From assembly GCA_039587755.1 (NCBI GenBank), contig JBDHBD010000013.1, positions 1,300 through 65,299 of the forward strand: a stretch of DNA of 64,000 nt, written 5' to 3'. Below, piece after piece: positions 60,145-64,000 of the stretch; the first letter of the stretch is position 1; every line of letters starts with the position of its first letter. Below the pieces are notes generated by a model, which searched no databases, had not been told where the DNA came from, and worked only from the letters and a program-made list of their open reading frames with translations. This stretch comes from Gemmatimonadota bacterium. Lineage in GTDB: Bacteria > Gemmatimonadota > Gemmatimonadetes > Palauibacterales > Palauibacteraceae. The position numbers and the translations under genes were made by a program.

Positions 60145-60437
60145 CCGTCTCGCTTCCTCAGTGGCTCGCTCCGACTCCGCTTGCACCGTGCACACCCGGA
60201 AGTCAATTCACTACACGCTCATCCGCAGATTGTGCGCTGCGTCAGCTGCCGCGTTTCCTTGCGACGGAACGTCATGTTCGCCAGATTTGGTCCTTGTGCC
60301 TGATTCTTGGCTCTAGCCTGAAATCTCCGGCCGCTCTTTGGCCTTTTCATAAAGACAGCTCAAGCTCGGTAGACTTGTCGGCGTAGACCAAGCCGAGGCT
60401 ACCACAATAACGTGTATCCACGGCAAGGCAGGTTCAC

Positions 60438-63400
60438 ATGAGGTACAGGCTTTGTATGCTGATCTCGTTGTTCTTGCTCCTCTCCACCGGAGGTCTGTTC
60501 GCTCAGGAGCGAACGATCCGCGGGACCGTGACCGAGGCTCGGTCGGGTGCGCCCGTGGAGTTCCCGCAGGTCGCAGTTCGGGGTACGGCCATCGGAACGG
60601 TGGGGAGTGAGGACGGAACGTTCGTACTCGAAAACGTGCCCGCCGGCGACGTGCTGCTCGTCGTTCAGCGCATCGGCTTCCAGTCGCTTGAGGTAGCGGT
60701 GCCGGCGGGTCAAAACACGGTATCGGTCGTCCTCGCGATCGACTACGTGCGGGTGGAGGAGCTGGTCGTCACCGGTCGGGCCACCGCAACCCGCCGGGCG
60801 AACGCACCAAACCCCGTAGAGACGATTCAGGGCGACGAGTTGCAGGCGGTGCCCCAGCAGACGCTCGACAAGGCACTACAGGGCCGCGTCACGGGGGCCG
60901 TGATCGCCGCCAACAGCGGGGCGCCGGGAGGCGGGCTGCAGCTGAACATCCGGGGGTCCTCGTCGGTGAACGCCGCTGCGGAGCCGCTCTACGTGATCGA
61001 CGGCGTCGTGGTGAGCAACATTGCGATTCCGAGCAATCAGAACGAGCTCACGGCCGCGGCGAGTGGGTCGAACCCGTCGCTGATGCAGGACGTGCTGACG
61101 AATCGAATCTCCGACCTCAACCCCGATGACATCGAGAGCATCGAGGTGCTAAAAGGGGCGTCGGCTTCCGCGATCTACGGGGTGAAGGCGAGCAACGGCG
61201 TAGTGATCATCACCACGAAGCGCGGCCAGGTCGGGCCACCGCAGGTGCGTGTGAGCGCGCTCGGGGGCTGGTTCGATCTCAGCAACACGCTCGGCTTCCG
61301 CACCTTCGGAGACGTCGAAGAGGCCGTCGGCACGTTCGGTGAGACGGCGCGCGACTTCTTCCAACCCGGCCAGACGTTCGAGCACGAACGGGGTCTGGCA
61401 GGGCGCAACGACTTCTCGTGGGATCTCTCCAGTAGCGTGAGCGGGGGATCGGCCACAGGGGCGCAGTACTTCGGCTCCGCCGTGTGGAAGAACGACGAGG
61501 GGATCGTCGACAATACCGGGTTCGAGCGGCAGGCGGCGCGAGCGAACCTAAGCACGCGGCTCGGGATGACGGAGATCGCCCTCAACACGAACGTCATGCA
61601 CACCAACGCCCGCCGCGGTCTGACGAATAACGACAACGCCCAAACCAGTTGGTACATGGTGTTTTCTGGCACGCCGAATTTCGTGGACCTGGGCCAGCAA
61701 TCCGACGGCACTTTCCCCGTGAACCCGTTCGTGGGGAACGCCAGCAACCCGCTGCAAACGGCGGCGCTGCTGGAAAACGATGAGGACGTCTGGAGACTTC
61801 TTTCGTCGGCGAACGTGGACGTGGGTCTGGTCGACAACGGTACGCACCGCGTGAACATCACGGCAACCGGCGGCGTCGACTTCTTCACGCAGGAGAACCG
61901 GATCTTCTCGCCCCCGGCGCTCCACTACGAGAGCTTCGACGGAAGGCCCGGCACCTCGCTGCTCAGCAACACGAACAACCTGAACTTCAACATCAACGTG
62001 AACGGCATCTGGCGGTGGACCCCCTCGAGCGGGGTCACGTCCACCACGTCTGTCGGTTTGAACTACGACGACGCGAGTCTCACGATCTCTCGTCTGGTCG
62101 GAAGGGACCTCACCGGCGGTAAGGACAAGCCCGACGCCGCTACCGAGGTGCAGATTCGAGAGAATCGAGCGAACGTCGAGGACTTCGGCTTCTTCGTGCA
62201 GGAGGAGCTCCTGCTGCTCGATGACCGACTGCTCCTGACCGGGATGGTCCGCTTCGACCAGAGCTCCGCCAACGGCGACCCCACCAAGCTATTCGTGTTC
62301 CCGAAGGGGGCAGCCTCGTATCGCTTCCCCGACGTAGGGGGCTTCGTGGACGAGGTGAAGCTGCGGGCGGCGGTCGGACAGACAGGCAACCCGCCCACGT
62401 GTGATCCACGTGACGGGTGCCAGAAGTTTACCAGTCTCAGGCTCGACAACAACATCGAAGGTATCGGCGGCTTCCAGATCGAAGGCACCGTGGGAGGGGG
62501 CTTCGATCTGCAGCCCGAGCGCATGACCGAGTTCGAGGGCGGGGTGGACATTATCGCCCTCGATGGACGGGCCAGCCTCGAGCTGACCGGCTATCTGCAG
62601 AACGTCGACGACCTCATCATCGAGGCCACGGTCGCGCCGTCCACCGGGTTCGCCGACGTGATCTTCAACGGTGGCGAGCTGCGCAACTACGGAATCGAGG
62701 CAGCCCTGGGCGTCACGCCGATCGCCCGAAGCGGCTTCACCTGGAACTCGCGCACCAGCTTCTTCGTGAACCGGAGCGAGGTGACACGGCTGGATGTGCC
62801 GGCCTTCGAGGCCGATGCCGGATTCGCGCTCTTCCTCGGCGGCTTCTTCATCGAGGAGGGAAGCTCGCTGACACAGATCGTGGGCACCGATCCCGACTGC
62901 ACGGGCGAAGGGCAGCCGTTCGAGAACTGCGTGAGCCTGGCGGGACATGCCCGGAACGGCAACTCGGATCCCGATTTCAACTTCAACTTCGTGAACGACT
63001 TCCAGCTGGGTGACTTCCAAGTCTTCACGTTGTTCGAGTGGCGACAGGGGCAGTCGGTCGTGAACCTCACCGAGCTGCTGTATGACCTCTCGCGCAACAC
63101 CGTGGACTTCGCCGATCCGAACTTCAGCGGCGGCTCCGACTTCTCGGGCAAGGACTGCCACCCCGACTGCAGCGGTCTGGCGCGCCGGACGGCGTTCGTG
63201 AACGGGTGGGCGCTTCCATTCACGCAGCCGGCTTCGTTCTTCAAGGCACGTGAGATCGCGCTCAGCTACACGCTGCCCGAGGACGTCACTTCGCGAATCT
63301 TCGGTGGTTTCTTCGATCAGATCCGGCTCAGGGCAAGCGGTCGCAACCTGTTCACGGTGACGAACTACCGTGGCCTGGATCCCGAGGTCAGCAACTTCGG

Positions 63401-63485
63401 AACCCAGCAGGTGGGACGCTCGATCGATGTAGCTCCGTTCCCGCCGAGCCGCAGCTTCTGGTTCGGCTTCGATCTCCGCCTCTGA
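60438..63485 (+). CDS. SusC/RagA-family TonB-linked outer-membrane transporter
   Basis: Signal plus carboxypeptidase-regulatory-like domain (TIRGTVTEARSGAPVEFPQVAV…GTFVLENVPAGD). SusC-type plug (NIRGSSSVNAAAEPLYVIDGVVVSN). 1015-aa barrel. C-terminal …FWFGFDLRL. Confidence 0.85.
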   Translation: MRYRLCMLISLFLLLSTGGLFAQERTIRGTVTEARSGAPVEFPQVAVRGTAIGTVGSEDGTFVLENVPAGDVLLVVQRIGFQSLEVAVPAGQNTVSVVLAIDYVRVEELVVTGRATATRRANAPNPVETIQGDELQAVPQQTLDKALQGRVTGAVIAANSGAPGGGLQLNIRGSSSVNAAAEPLYVIDGVVVSNIAIPSNQNELTAAASGSNPSLMQDVLTNRISDLNPDDIESIEVLKGASASAIYGVKASNGVVIITTKRGQVGPPQVRVSALGGWFDLSNTLGFRTFGDVEEAVGTFGETARDFFQPGQTFEHERGLAGRNDFSWDLSSSVSGGSATGAQYFGSAVWKNDEGIVDNTGFERQAARANLSTRLGMTEIALNTNVMHTNARRGLTNNDNAQTSWYMVFSGTPNFVDLGQQSDGTFPVNPFVGNASNPLQTAALLENDEDVWRLLSSANVDVGLVDNGTHRVNITATGGVDFFTQENRIFSPPALHYESFDGRPGTSLLSNTNNLNFNINVNGIWRWTPSSGVTSTTSVGLNYDDASLTISRLVGRDLTGGKDKPDAATEVQIRENRANVEDFGFFVQEELLLLDDRLLLTGMVRFDQSSANGDPTKLFVFPKGAASYRFPDVGGFVDEVKLRAAVGQTGNPPTCDPRDGCQKFTSLRLDNNIEGIGGFQIEGTVGGGFDLQPERMTEFEGGVDIIALDGRASLELTGYLQNVDDLIIEATVAPSTGFADVIFNGGELRNYGIEAALGVTPIARSGFTWNSRTSFFVNRSEVTRLDVPAFEADAGFALFLGGFFIEEGSSLTQIVGTDPDCTGEGQPFENCVSLAGHARNGNSDPDFNFNFVNDFQLGDFQVFTLFEWRQGQSVVNLTELLYDLSRNTVDFADPNFSGGSDFSGKDCHPDCSGLARRTAFVNGWALPFTQPASFFKAREIALSYTLPEDVTSRIFGGFFDQIRLRASGRNLFTVTNYRGLDPEVSNFGTQQVGRSIDVAPFPPSRSFWFGFDLRL

Positions 63486-63542
63486 TCGGAGGGATCGATG
63501 ATGAAGAAAGCACGGACGAGTTCAAGAAAGGGAGCGGAGATC

Positions 63543-64000
63543 ATGTTGAGGAGAATCGTTGGGCCGCTGTTTGCGGTGGCGATTCTGGTCGGGCTGGTCG
63601 GCTGTGAGAACCTCACGTCGCCGAACTCGAATTTCGGTGACCTTGCGGAGCTGACGTCGAACCCGGACCGGGCCGGTCTCGCGACGACCGCACAGGGGCT
63701 GATTATTGGATACCGACAGTACCACCTGGCTCCGAACGACATCGTCGCACAGCTGGGGATCCTGGGCCGACAGTCGTACAACCACGACATTGCCGACCCG
63801 CGGCACGAGAGCGAGATGTTGGGTGGAACGCTACAGGCTTCCAGCCCCGCCTTCGGCGGCAACTACTGGAGCGAGCCGTACGCCAACATCAAGCTGGCGG
63901 ACATCCTGCTCGATGGGACGGATCAGGTGGATGATGCCGAGGTGTCGGCGGGCGAGAAGGAAGCGCTGCGCGCCTTTGCCAAGACGATGCAGGCGCTGGA
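63543..64000 (+). CDS. RagB/SusD-family outer-membrane lipoprotein (5' part; continues beyond the window)
   Basis: ATG at 63543, lipoprotein signal MLRRIVGPLFAVAILVGLVGC|EN, SusD-like N-terminal region. The frame is open to the window end. Immediately downstream of SusC. Confidence 0.65.
   Translation, partial: MLRRIVGPLFAVAILVGLVGCENLTSPNSNFGDLAELTSNPDRAGLATTAQGLIIGYRQYHLAPNDIVAQLGILGRQSYNHDIADPRHESEMLGGTLQASSPAFGGNYWSEPYANIKLADILLDGTDQVDDAEVSAGEKEALRAFAKTMQAL

Noticed and set aside
60196-60437. Small ORFs (e.g. 60035-60316, 59962-60303) in the cysQ/SusC intergenic region
   Set aside because: They overlap cysQ or lie in a lower-GC promoter region and show non-coding composition. This is more likely regulatory DNA for the SusC/SusD locus.

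Overview
This is a high-GC (about 67-68%), gene-dense bacterial chromosomal segment. Codon and protein style resemble Gemmatimonadota or Rhodothermota, but that is inference only. It consists almost entirely of conserved envelope, housekeeping and biosynthetic genes. Many neighbours overlap by 4-8 nt (ATGA/GTGA junctions), consistent with translational coupling.

Main blocks, in order:
- Envelope and Tat: a complete Tol-Pal cluster (tolQ-tolR-TonB_C-type tolA-tolB-pal-cpoB) preceded by a galE-like epimerase; nrdR overlapping a frameshifted tatC; an LptD-like outer-membrane protein with a large acidic insertion.
- Scaffold-like proteins: two tandem paralogous TPR-like proteins, the second a 1276-aa protein with a roughly 800-aa acidic, Pro-rich repeat region; ispB; tatA; a ppiD-like chaperone; a third TPR protein.
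- Housekeeping: aroQ-pepP-efp-accB-accC; ftsK-lolA-like-rimO-(OMP)-lnt; a TonB-dependent receptor translationally fused to menF-menD-menB-menA-menE.
- A minus-strand candidate operon of GT4 glycosyltransferase, GCS2-type carboxylate-amine ligase with a CBS pair, and an AstE/AspA-family deacylase; then a pterin dehydratase, a GAF-GAF-GGDEF cyclase, and a lemA-DUF2207-peroxiredoxin operon.
- acuC and phzF-family genes, a PQQ sugar dehydrogenase, sat-cysC-cysQ (PAPS synthesis), and a SusC/SusD pair running off the 3' end.

No rRNA or tRNA genes, CRISPR arrays, mobile elements or recognisable defence systems were found. All homology calls are from motif recognition by eye, not database searches.
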